DNA from: Octopus vulgaris
Taxonomy: Eukaryota
DNA: 64,000 nt
Direction: 5' to 3'
Assembly (NCBI GenBank): GCA_951406725.2
Contig: OX597814.1
Coordinates: 31,310,001-31,374,000 of the forward strand
In this document: in pieces, positions 1-10,424 of the stretch
How the letters are laid out: every line of letters begins with the position of its first letter
How positions within the stretch are numbered: position 1 is the stretch's first letter
Made by a program: the position numbers and the translations under genes
The notes under the pieces: model-generated
Seen by the model: the letters and a program-made list of their open reading frames with translations, nothing else
Database searches by the model: none
What the model was told of the DNA's origin: nothing

Positions 1-18
1 TATTTTAACTTAGCTATA

Positions 19-559
19 CCAGGGTTGGACAAAATAATGGAAACACCTAGTATCATAGCATCGTGATTTTGCAATATCTATAAAACCGTCAAAAGCTTGT
101 TTATTTTTATGTTTTTATGATTTAATATTAGTGTTACCTAACATGTTTTGCTAAAGTTGCAGTTTTTCTTTTCAGATATCATCAGCAAAAGGTAATTAAA
201 ATTCATTAAAATGACGGATCTAATAGACTTTCAAAGAGGTGAAATTGTTGGTGCTCGTATGACAGACACTAGCGTAACGGAAACAGAAGAAATGTTTGGT
301 GTATCAAGAAGTACTGTTTCAAAAGTAATGGCAGCCTTTGAGAAAGAGGGAAAAACCTCCTCGCCGAAACAAAACTCCGGAAAAAACCCCAAACTTTCAG
401 ATAGGGACCGTCGGACACTTACGCAAATTGTTAGAAAGGATCACAAAAGTATAGCTCCTACAATTACTGCAGAGCTTAATGACAACATCGAGAAGCTAGT
501 TTCCACAAAATAATGTTCACCGGGAGCTGCACAAAGCTGGATTTCACGGGAGGACTGCA

Positions 560-560
<1 letters not shown>
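19..560 (+). mobile_element. 5' fragment of a Tc1-family DNA transposon, truncated at a (TA)n tract
   Basis: TA then CCAGGGTTGGACAAAATAATGGAAACACC (Tc1-like TIR) at 17-47, followed by a transposase N-terminus; no right TIR found in the window. Confidence 0.8.
211..560 (+). pseudogene. Tc1 transposase N-terminal paired-like HTH region (frameshifted, truncated)
   Basis: MTDLIDFQRGEIVGARM...FGVSRSTVSKV...SGKNPKLSDRDRRTLTQIVRK, continuing after a frameshift as VHRELHKAGFHGRTA; no DDE domain. Confidence 0.85.
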
Positions 561-619
<59 letters not shown>

Positions 620-621
<2 letters not shown>

Positions 622-845
622 TCTTACTCTTTTACTTGTTTCAGTCATTTGACTGCGGCCATGCTGGAGCACTGCCTTTGGTCAAGCACATCGACCACAG
701 GACTTATTCTTTGCAAGCCTAGTACATATTCTATCGGCCTCTTTTGGTCGAACCGCTAAGTTACGAGGACGCCAACTCACCAACATCGGTTTTCAAGCTA
801 TGTTGGGGGACAAACACAGACGCACAAACATATGCACACACGTAC
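620..845 (-). mobile_element. SINE family A, 3' module (its 5' module is at 3594-3757, split by the LINE)
   Basis: Matches the 3' half of complete copies (e.g. 37991-38378), including the CAGCATGGCCGCAGTCAAATGACTGAAAC tail. Confidence 0.9.
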
Positions 846-875
846 ATATATATATATATTCATATATATATATAT

Positions 876-3573
876 GATTTTGATTTTGATTTGATTTTGA
901 TTTTTCCAGTTTCAGCTTATGAGCTGTGGCCATGCTGGGGCACCGCCATTTGGTGTTGCTACTTGGTTTCACTTCATGAAGGCTTTCTAGCAGCTTCTAT
1001 TTGGTGCATGAGAGAGTTCGATGCAGCTGCCCTCATCTGCCCCTCCTGCCGTGAAGTTGGTTCATCTGGGACACCTGACAGGAAGAGATCCAGCTTCATT
1101 TTAAAGACATCTGTATCCACCCCATGCAGGTCTCTCAGGTTCTTCGGGAGGATATTGAAGAGCTGTGGGCCTCGGAAACCCAGGCTATCACAGAATCTTG
1201 TCCTACATCTTGATGGCAAGTTTGGAGTCCTAGGCACCACGCAGTGGCGCCCAGTTCTGGCATTTGCGTAACTCTCGATGCCAAAGTTCAGGACACTTCC
1301 CTCCAGGATCTTCCAGATGTATATTATGGCATATCTTTCCCGCCTACGCTCCAGGGAATATAATTTTAATTTCCTGAGTCTTTCCCAGTAGCTTACATTC
1401 TGCATAGAGGCTATCTTCTTCGTGTAGCTACGTTGGATCGCCTCGAGCTCTGTGATCAACTTGACACTGGATGGTGACCATAACTGAGAGCAGTAGTCAA
1501 AGTGGCTTAGGACAAGTGTCCTCCAGAGGACCATCATGGTTTCTTGTTCTCTTGTTCTAAAGGTTCTGAGGATCCATCCGGCCAGTCGTCTACATTTCAT
1601 TGCCAATTTAGCAACATGTACACGAAAGGTCGCGTCATCACTCATGTAAATACCCAGGTCACGCACTGATTGTGCCTCTGGGATTGCTATTCCTCCGGGT
1701 CCAGTGTATTCATTGGGTATTGCATTTAGTTTTGCATGCTGATAGTATAGAGCTTGAAACTTTTCAGCATTGAACTGCATGCTATTCTTTTCGGCCCACT
1801 TGTATATTTTGTCTAGCTCACATTGCAGGTGTTTAGTGTCCTCAGGGTTCTGTATTGCCTGTGAAACTTTTGTATCATCTGCATAACTTGTGATCGTGGC
1901 CCTCTGCGTGGCTGAGGGCATGTCTGAGAGGGTCATTATGAACAGTAGTGGTCCCAGAACAGTGCCCTGCGGAACACCGCTCACTATTTGCGTGTTAATG
2001 GAAGTGGCCCCATTGGCCACTACCACCTGACTTCTATCTTTCAGAAAGTCATGAAGCCATTCTCCCAGTTTTCCAACTATGTTGAGATCACGCAGTTTGT
2101 GACATATCATTCCATGATCGACTTTATCAAAGGCCTTTGCAAAGTCGAGATATATCACTTCCACATTTGAGTGGTTGAGCAGCCGTTTCAGCACCCAGTC
2201 ATAGTGTTGTAGGAGCTGAGTTAAACAGCTTCTCCCTGGTCGGAAACCATTTTGGGTGTCGGGCAGCAAGTCATTTTCTTCAAGGAAGGTGATCAGCTTC
2301 CTTCTGACTATTCATTCCATGACCTTGCTGATGTGTGAGGTCAGAGAGATAGGTCTATAGTTCTTGGCTTCCGCTCTGCTACCTCCTTTATGAATGGGGC
2401 ATATTTTACCTTCCTTCAGTTTTCTTGGAAGTTTGCCAGCTGCAAGGAAGCTCTGAAAGAGGAACTGCAGTGGTCTTGCTAGGACTCTCTTACATGCTTT
2501 TAGGAGGATTGCCGGGAATCCATCGGGGCCAGTAGCTGAGTCTGTTTTCATTTCATCTATAGCCTTGATTACATCGTCTTCCTTTATATCGATGTAATCT
2601 ATCGTCGCCGCCTCTGGTTTTATATCTGCAGTGGTAAAAAAGTCAGTTGGATTGGTGATTTGGAGATGCCCAAGGGGTGGAGTGAAAACACTCTTGAATT
2701 GCTCATTCAGTATTTCACTTACCCTCATTGGTTTTCCTGTAAGTGTGCCATTCTTTTCGAGGAGTGGCCCTATTCTACAGTGCACCGTAGCTGTTTCTTT
2801 GGCATACCTGTAGAAAGCTCTGGGGTTAGATTTTATGTTGTCTATAGCCCAGGCTTCTTTGTCTGCTCTTTCCTTTTCATGGGAGAGTTTCAGACATTTT
2901 TCGATTTCCAACAGTTTTATTTTTAGGCGGGACTTTTCACTGCTTTCAATCTGTTTGTTTAGGCGATTTGAAAATTCTGTACGCCGTCTCATTAGAATTT
3001 TCCTCTCTCTGGGGATTTTGTTCTTGTGTACAGTGGCCTTTCTCTCTGGGACATATTTGTAGCATATGGCTTGCATTACAGACATGAATTGTTGAAGTTT
3101 CACGTCGATGTCTGGCGAGGAGAGACATTTAGGCCAGTTTTGTTTGAGGATCTCTTTCTCAATTTGTTTCCAGTTTGCCTTATGGTAGTTCCAAGCTGGA
3201 AAGATTCTGGGGTTTCTTGTAGGCTGCAAGTCCGTGCTCTCTTTTGGCCCGTACATGGTCAGCTCTATCATGTTGTGATCCGAGAGTAGTGTCGGTGTCA
3301 CTTTCACATTATGGATGAGATCCGTGTCATTTGTGAAGCAGAGATCCAGTGTGTTACCTGCCCTGGTTGGTTGGAGTATTACCTGCTCCATGTACAGGGT
3401 GTTGATGAGGTTCAGGAGGGACCTCGCCTGTCCTCGTTCACATCTTGTCATTCCTGGGAGAGAAAGGCCCTCGGGCCATCTGACATTTGGCAGATTGAAG
3501 TCTCCCATAAGAAGTACACTTATGTGTTGTTCTAATGTGGTTAGAACTTCTATTTTTATAAGACAGTCTTCTT
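876..3573 (-). mobile_element. 5'-truncated CR1-group (APE-RT) LINE with intact 3' UTR and (AAAATC)n tail
   Basis: APE C-terminal motifs (MGDFNLP, TRAGNTLDLCF, SDHNMI), RT motifs (NYRPISLTS, QNGFRPGRSC, YLDFAKAFDKV, GVPQGTVLGPLLF, YADDT), short 3' UTR and a tandem tail at 876-905. Confidence 0.95.
974..3571 (-). pseudogene. LINE ORF2 (endonuclease C-terminal part plus reverse transcriptase) with one in-frame TGA at 2312-2314
   Basis: ORFs 2312..3508 and 974..2269 are in the same frame and read SHISKVME*IVRRKLITFLEENDLLPDTQNGF; the frame stays open upstream to 3571. Confidence 0.92.
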
Positions 3574-3593
3574 ATATATATATATACATATAT

Positions 3594-3757
3594 ACGACGG
3601 GCTTCTTTCAGTTTCCGTCTACCAAATCTACTCACAAGGCTTTGGTCGGCCCGAGGCTGTAGTAGAAGACAATTGCCCAAGGTGCCACGCAGTGGGACTG
3701 AACCTGGAACCATGTGGTTGGTAAGCAAGCTACTTACCACACAACCACTCCTGCGCT
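3594..3757 (-). mobile_element. SINE family A, 5' module (tRNA-like head plus CORE-like segment)
   Basis: Minus strand: A-box-like TGGTTGTGTGG, B-box-like GGTTCAGTCCC, then CCTTGGGCAA. Confidence 0.9.
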
Positions 3758-4034
3758 TATATATATATATATATGCACGTGCGTATGCATATATATATAT
3801 GTATAAATATGTGTGTTACTATCTGTCTATAGATGTGTGTGTGTGTTCAAGTGAATATAGATGCCCTATAATATAAACTTGCGTTTATCTTTGCCTCACA
3901 TTTGCTCTGTAGCCCATAACTAGAAATACTTATTGGTATATTTAACAACTATACAAAAAATAGACTTCCATCATGACAGTCTACGTGGAGGAGCAGTTGT
4001 ACATTTATTTGTACGCAAATTGCTACTATTTTTA

Positions 4035-4136
<102 letters not shown>

Positions 4137-4655
4137 CCGTAAATCCTCGAGTATAATTCGCATTTTTTTCCCAAAATTTAAAGGTCAAAATCCCTAGTGC
4201 GTAGTATATACGAGGTTAAACATGAAAATTATTTTCTAAGCAATGTCCGAAACTCTATTTGCTGCCCGGCAATGTTTATTCAGACGCATTTTGTGATGTC
4301 GGACGTGAAAATACCATAAGGTAAGCCTGAAAGCAATGAAGTCATGAAAGAAACATCCATAACTTGCAATAAGCAACATTTATTAAACGTTATTACTTTT
4401 ATTACTGTTATAACTTATTTTCTGCAAACAAAATGCATAAAAAAGCTACACGTTTGCATTATGTTATATATACAATAATAATAAAGTACGTTACCGTATG
4501 CAGTTTTACAAACCAATGACGTTATATAGAGCTCCTTGACTCAAGTTAGAGAAGGGGTGCGTATTATACACAAGGTTTAGGTTTTTCAGAGGTACAGCCC
4601 CTAAAAATCCCCTTCGTATTATACTCAAGGGCGGACTATACTCGAGGATTTACGG
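4137..4655. mobile_element. 519-bp non-autonomous Tc2/pogo-like MITE inserted in a (TATC)n tract
   Basis: 19-bp perfect TIR CCGTAAATCCTCGAGTATA, TA on both sides, subterminal GTGCGTAnTATAnAC-type repeats, no ORF. Confidence 0.92.
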
Positions 4656-4677
4656 TATCTATCTATCTATCTATCTG

Positions 4678-4756
<79 letters not shown>

Positions 4757-5311
4757 GTATATATGTTTTGTATAAAGAAAGATGTCTGTGTCTTCATTAC
4801 ATGAGCACATATGCATAGATAGAGTCATATGATTATATATATATAAAGAGATACTTTGTTAGATTTACTTTTGATATTTTTAACTTTTAGCAAGGAACAC
4901 GTACATATTTCGGTGAAGTCCATAAAGTTTGATATCATGTTAATAAACAACCTCATATCATTACATAGTAAAAACTAAGTATTCCAGGTGTCTCGTTTCG
5001 CATTATGGTCTTTTGGCAAAATTGTCACATAAATACTAATACTTATCTGCAAAATGTTTTTGCATTGTGAATGTCTTTGTTCCTATGACTAGAGGTATAA
5101 GTATATATCTTCATCAATTCGTCGTGCTGGAATTGTACAATTTCTTGTACAGGATTTTCTGTAGGCATAGGAACACAGATATAAACACACACAAACATAC
5201 ACACACACACGCGCACACACAAACACATGCATGTATACATATAGATGTGTGTGCTGAGAGAAATAGAAAGAGAGGATAGAGTGAGGTTGTTTTGCACATA
5301 CACATATAAAG

Positions 5312-5346
<35 letters not shown>

Positions 5347-5399
5347 AGCATTAACGTACATGTAGATATGTACGTACATGGATATATGTATATTCATGC

Positions 5400-5441
<42 letters not shown>

Positions 5442-5600
5442 ATATATATATAAACATGCATTTATGCACATATATATGTAAATATATAAATACATATATG
5501 CATATACACGTATGTATCTATGCATACATACACACATACACAGGTACTCCTAAACACAAATGAACATATCTATCTATATATCTATCTATCTATCTATCTA

Positions 5601-5651
<51 letters not shown>

Positions 5652-6091
5652 TTATATATGTATATATCGTCTCTTGCTGTGAAAATATATATATCATTTA
5701 CGGCAACACTGCTGAAGAATTGGTTTTATAAACAGGTGCGAGCGGTCATTTTCCTGTTAGGAAATGGTCACTGATTTACGAATAGGTGGTGATGTGTGAG
5801 GTTTTAGGAAGATTGTTTAACGATTACTGCACCATGAAAGAAGAAACAGAAAGAACCTTGGGCTATGCAATGCAACCGCCAAACATTGCTTTGATCATTA
5901 TCTATCTGATATTCACGCTGTCTCTTTTGGCTGAGAAAATAGCTGAATCAATGATTAAATGTTTACAATTGTACAAATATACTCGCCCACAATCACACAT
6001 AGGCTTTATAAGCAAACATATCTACACACACACACGCACACCTACATATAGATTTTTAGATATATACGTACGTATACATGCATGTATGTGA

Positions 6092-6134
<43 letters not shown>

Positions 6135-6501
6135 CGTACATACTTGCATACATACATATGCATGTATGTATGAATGTATTGAAAAGAATGGTGTGGCTCT
6201 TTTAATGAGCAAAGAATTATTGCCAGAGTGTGAAAAGTAAATAGTTTCGTCATGCTGTGTGTTTTATCCCTCCGTGATCAGAAAAAGTAAATCAGTCCGA
6301 CCAATTTCTGGTGTTGTTAGAACTTCTTCAGTGGAAGAAAGACTGCCATCTTGTGTCCACGGAAATATTTGTAAATCACAGCTAAGTTAAGTCTTCTCAA
6401 AGCAAAACTGATCATCGCTTCTCAAAGCTAAACTGAAATAAAAGCAAAACTGATCATCGTGATTGATTTGTATAACATTGTATGAACTGACAAATAACTT
6501 T

Positions 6502-6880
6502 GTTACCCACCCCCTTCGCTAAGGCGGAGGTATTGTTTTCAGTCATGTTTGTTTTACTTGTTTGCTTAACCGTGGACAAGATATCTCAAGAACCACTGGG
6601 TGGATTCGGATAAAACTTATAGGGGTATTTGGCCGCACGACTGGCACGAACCGAATAGATTTTGGGATCGACCCATTACCGGAGAAAGATTTTGGATTAT
6701 TTTTCTTTTTTTCCTTTCCTTAATTTTTGAGAGCGGTCGGGTTCATTTTTAATATTCTCGTTTGTGAGAGCAGTCGAGTTTATTTCAGATATTCGCATTT
6801 TAATAATCATTTCTGGTTAGTCGTTGCGAGTACGTTGATATTGCTTTGGCGGAGGTTTGTGCTCTCTGAGTGCTCTTGTT
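6502..6880 (+). mobile_element. Non-autonomous Helentron/HINE-like rolling-circle element
   Basis: 5' CCTTCGCTAAGGCGGAGG palindrome/subTIR, 3' TTTGGCGGAGG subTIR, terminal GTGCTCTCTGAGTGC hairpin, ends CTTGTT in a T-rich site. Confidence 0.75.
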
Positions 6881-7184
6881 TCTAAATATTTTCTTGAAGT
6901 TTTAGAAACAAGTTTTGACTCTAAGTATTCCTAATCATCAGCCATGTTTCATGAAAAATTAACAAGTTGTTTTTTATATAGTTTCAGTTAATTTTTTTAC
7001 TTGTATATTTAATAACCATAGTGCAAAACTTCGAAATTCTGTGAAGTTCCGATATCTCTTCAAGAAATTGTACTAACAAGGTTTTTTTTTTTTGCTTCGC
7101 TTGTAAATAGAAAAATTCATAAAACACAAAAAATATAATGCAAAGTATGAAAAGGTCATGAATTTATACGGAAACGTACTTTCG

Positions 7185-7330
7185 GTTAAAATTGTGCTTC
7201 TGAACCACATGATTTTGGGTTCAGTTACACTGCGTGGCATCTTGGAAAAATTCTTCTACTAAGCCTCAGACCTACCAAAGCATTGTGAGTGGATTTGGTA
7301 GACGGAAACTGTAAAAGATGACAGTCGTGT
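7185..7330 (+). mobile_element. Degenerate SINE family A 5' module
   Basis: GGGTTCAGTTACACTGCGTGGCATCTTGG...GTGAGTGGATTTGGTAGACGGAAACT. Confidence 0.8.
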
Positions 7331-7367
7331 ATACACACACACACACACACACACACACATTTATATA

Positions 7368-7815
7368 TCATCATCATCATTATCATCATCGTCGTCGTCG
7401 TCGTTTAACGTCCGCTTTCCATGTTGGCATGAGTTGGACGGTTTGATTGAGGACTGGCGAACCAGAAGGCTGCACCAGGCTCTAGTCTGATCTCGCAAAG
7501 TTACTACAGCCGGGTGCCCTTCCTAACGCCAACCACTCCAAGAGCATACTGGATGTTTTTACGTCCCCCCACCACCCGGCACGAGGGTCAGACAGACTGT
7601 TCTGACAACGACCACGTTCAAAATGTGTTTTTTACGTGCTACCTGCACAGGAGCCAATCCGGCGGCATTGGCAACGACTAAGCTCGGATTTTGTTTTCCA
7701 CGTGCCACCGGCACATATGCCGGTAAGGCGGCTCTGACAACAATCACACACGGATGTGCCTTTAACGTTCCACTGACATGAGTGCCAATTAGGCGGTACT
7801 CTCATCGACCACGTC
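7368..7815 (-). mobile_element. Non-autonomous retroelement with four degenerate ~65-bp internal units and a (GAC)n/(GAT)n tail
   Basis: Minus strand GGTTGGCGTTAGGAAGGGCACCCGGCTGTAG motif, simple-repeat tail, tandem units at about 7551, 7620, 7685 and 7751. Confidence 0.65.
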
Positions 7816-7828
7816 AGCGATTTAGATA

Positions 7829-8194
7829 CGCTTTTACGCTTTTACTTGTTTCAGTCATTTGACTGCGGCCATGCTGGAGCACCGCCTTTAATCGAGCAAC
7901 TCGTCCCCGGCACTTATTCTTTGTAAGCCCAGTACTTATTCTATCGGTCTCTTTTGACGGACCACTAAGTGACAAGGACATAAACACACCAGCATCGGTT
8001 GTCAAGCAATGCTAGGGGGACAAACACAGACACACAAACACACACACATATATATATACATATATACGAAGGGCTTCTTTCAGTTTCCATCTACCAAATC
8101 CACTCACAAGGCTTTGGTCGGCCTGAGGCTATAGAAGAAGACACTTGCCCAAGGTGCCTCGCAGTGGGACTGAACCCAGAATCATGTGGTTGGT
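7829..8194 (-). mobile_element. SINE family A copy (slightly 5'-truncated)
   Basis: Both modules and the internal microsatellite are present. Confidence 0.9.
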
Positions 8195-8217
8195 GTTCGA
8201 GCTTAGTGCTGCATTTT

Positions 8218-8613
8218 AGGCACAGGAATGGGTGTGCGGAAAGAAGCTTGCTTAGCAACCACATGGTTCCGGGTTCAGTACCACTGCGTGGCACTTTGGG
8301 CAAGTCTCTTCTACTATAGCCTCGGGCCGACCAAAGCCTTGTGAGTGGATTTGGTAGATAGAAACTTAAAGAAGTCCGTCGTATATATAAATATGTATAT
8401 GTAGGTATTTGTGTGTTCGTGTTTGTCCCCGCACGATCGTTTATCAACCGATATTGGTGTGCCTTAATCCCCGTATCCTAGCGTTTCAGCAAAAGAGACC
8501 GATAGATTAAGTAATAGGCTTACAAAAATAAGTCCTGTGGTTGATTTATTCGACGAAAGGCGGTGCTCCAGCATGGCTGCAGTCAAAAGACTGAAACAAG
8601 TAAAAGAATAAAA

Positions 8614-8617
<4 letters not shown>
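8218..8617 (+). mobile_element. SINE family A full-length copy
   Basis: Head, GGTTCAGTACC B-box, internal TA/TG tract, 3' module, AAAAGAAT tail. Confidence 0.9.
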
Positions 8618-8693
<76 letters not shown>

Positions 8694-8713
8694 ATATAAA
8701 TATATATATATAT

Positions 8714-9210
8714 ATCGTGACGTATTTTTGCCATTTCAATATGGCTAACCCCTAAGGGTGGATGCTACTGTAGTTTTTAGCCCCAGGAGGACACACTCCT
8801 CCAGCTGGCCATAGACACACTTTCTGTGTCCTGTCAGTATTTGCAAAGGGAAGTCATCCTTCCCGTCTTCAACTTATGATACACACGGACTCGAGTTTCG
8901 AGGTATTGACCTCTCGTCAGCGTGTGACAATCATAGTTGTCGCCGAGAATTAGATTTCCTTCACAAATACTTATACTTTTTCCAGCGCCCACTGTCGCTG
9001 ATATTGAAAAAGTGAAATCAAACAATGATAAATATCAAAGTGAGTTATATACAGTAGCGGTAACACATCGTGACGTATTTTTGCCATTTCAATATGGCTA
9101 ACCCCTAAGGGTGGATGCTACTGTAGTTTTTAGCCCCAGGAGGACACACTCCTCCAGCTGGCCATAGACACACTTTCTGTGTCCTGTCAGTATTTGCAAA
9201 GGGAAGTCAT
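8714..9210 (-). mobile_element. Hammerhead-containing non-coding element (retrozyme- or mini-Penelope-like): 353-bp unit plus 144-bp perfect terminal direct repeat
   Basis: 8714-8857 is identical to 9067-9210; the HHR lies in the unique part; (TA)n on both sides; no ORF of note. Confidence 0.85.
8870..8939 (-). ncRNA. Type I hammerhead ribozyme, canonical core, extended stem I
   Basis: Minus strand CAAC-TATGAT-TGT-CACACG / CTGACGA / GAGGT-CAAT-ACCTC / GAA / ACTCGAGT / C / CGTGTG-T-ATCATA-A-GTTG; predicted GUC cleavage between 8888 and 8887. Confidence 0.92.
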
Positions 9211-9334
9211 TCCATATATATATAAACATGTTTTTATATATACACATATATATGTGTATGTATGTATATGTATATAAAAGTGTGTAAATGTGTGTGTGAT
9301 TATCTATGTGTGCACGTGGCTTTGTGTATTTTCT

Positions 9335-9536
9335 TGTCCCACCGCCACCGCTTGACAACCAGTGTTGGTGTGATTACCTCCCTGTAACTTAGCCGGTCGG
9401 CAACAGAGACCAATGGAATAAGTACCAGGCTTAAACAAATAAATCCTGGGCCGGTTTGTTTGACTAAAACTATTTACAGTGGGACCCCAGCATGGATGCA
9501 GTCAACTGACTGAAGCGCATAAAAGAATAAAAGAAC
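9335..9536 (+). mobile_element. SINE family A 3' module (diverged)
   Basis: CGCTTGACAACC...CCCCAGCATGGATGCAGTCAACTGACTGAAG...AAAAGAATAAAAGAA. Confidence 0.8.
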
Positions 9537-9761
9537 ATCCGTTAAGAATGATACGTCTCGTCATTTTAGGGAGGGTTTTATTTGAAACATTTTTGCGGAG
9601 TTTGAATGTGCAGTGGAAATGCTGGTCTAACCGTGACGCGGAGAATGACATCGGCTTAGGTGGATTTTCATGTTGTCAAATATCTCGAAGATCCATGAAG
9701 TTCGCAATAGTAGAATACGAGATGGTAACACAATTGGTAAAGAGTAAAGAATAAACAGGAA

Positions 9762-10060
9762 AAACCCCATTCGGTTAGAATGACTATGGGATTGCACCTA
9801 GAAACAAACTCTCCGAGATATAAGTCCGGGCAAGATTGTTTATTGAAGACTAGCAATGGCCTATGCATAACAACCTGCTCTCACCACGTCACCGATGTTA
9901 TCCAAGGCAAAGGCAAAGGCTGATACAGCTTGGCACCAGTGATGCTGCAACTTATTTCTACGAATGAGTGAACTGGAGCAACAAGAAATAAAATGTCTTG
10001 CTCAAGAACACAAAACAGCCCGGTCCGGGAATTGAACTTACAACCTCATGATTGTTAACC
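9762..10060 (-). mobile_element. SINE family C, diverged copy
   Basis: Colinear with 63085-63414 (GTCCGGGCAAG, TTATCCAAGG, GAGTGAACTGGAGCAAC, TGTCTTGCTC). Confidence 0.85.
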
Positions 10061-10424
10061 TAATTAACTAAAACAATATGTTGGTTTCAGGGCTTCATAC
10101 TGTCAGTGATAAGTTTATATCGGCCATTATTTTGCGGACTAATGGTTGTGTTCAAGTGATCCGGGTCCCGTTTGTTCTAGGCTTCCAGGTTCATGAGTTC
10201 TTGGACCAAATGATGACACAAGAAGCTAACCATAATCAGAAATTAATTGAGAAAAAGTTATTGTTAAAATGTCGGTTGAAGTGGCGAATACTCTTATTCT
10301 TTCGGTGCTGTGTTATATACGGTGCAGCAAAGCGTCAGGCAAACCATCCGGCAAATCGTCCGACAAACCGTCCGGCAAAGCTTTACTGCACTCAAACTAT
10401 AACTGTTACATTCTGGTGAAACTA

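Noticed and set aside
2312-2314. In-frame TGA as selenocysteine or programmed readthrough
   Set aside because: The position aligns to a conserved Arg, so CpG deamination is the simpler explanation; no SECIS-like element seen in the very short 3' UTR
744-3740. Plus-strand and alternative-frame ORFs overlapping the LINE and SINE
   Set aside because: Antisense or shadow frames of the LINE ORF2 and SINE sequence
7551-7815. CRISPR-like regular repeats
   Set aside because: Units are degenerate tandem copies without unique spacers; no cas genes; eukaryotic TE context
10333-10380. Four 12-bp CGTCCGGCAAAN repeats (other micro-duplications at 6399-6459 and 56971-57005)
   Set aside because: Too short and unlinked to any recognisable element; treated as ordinary minisatellite slippage
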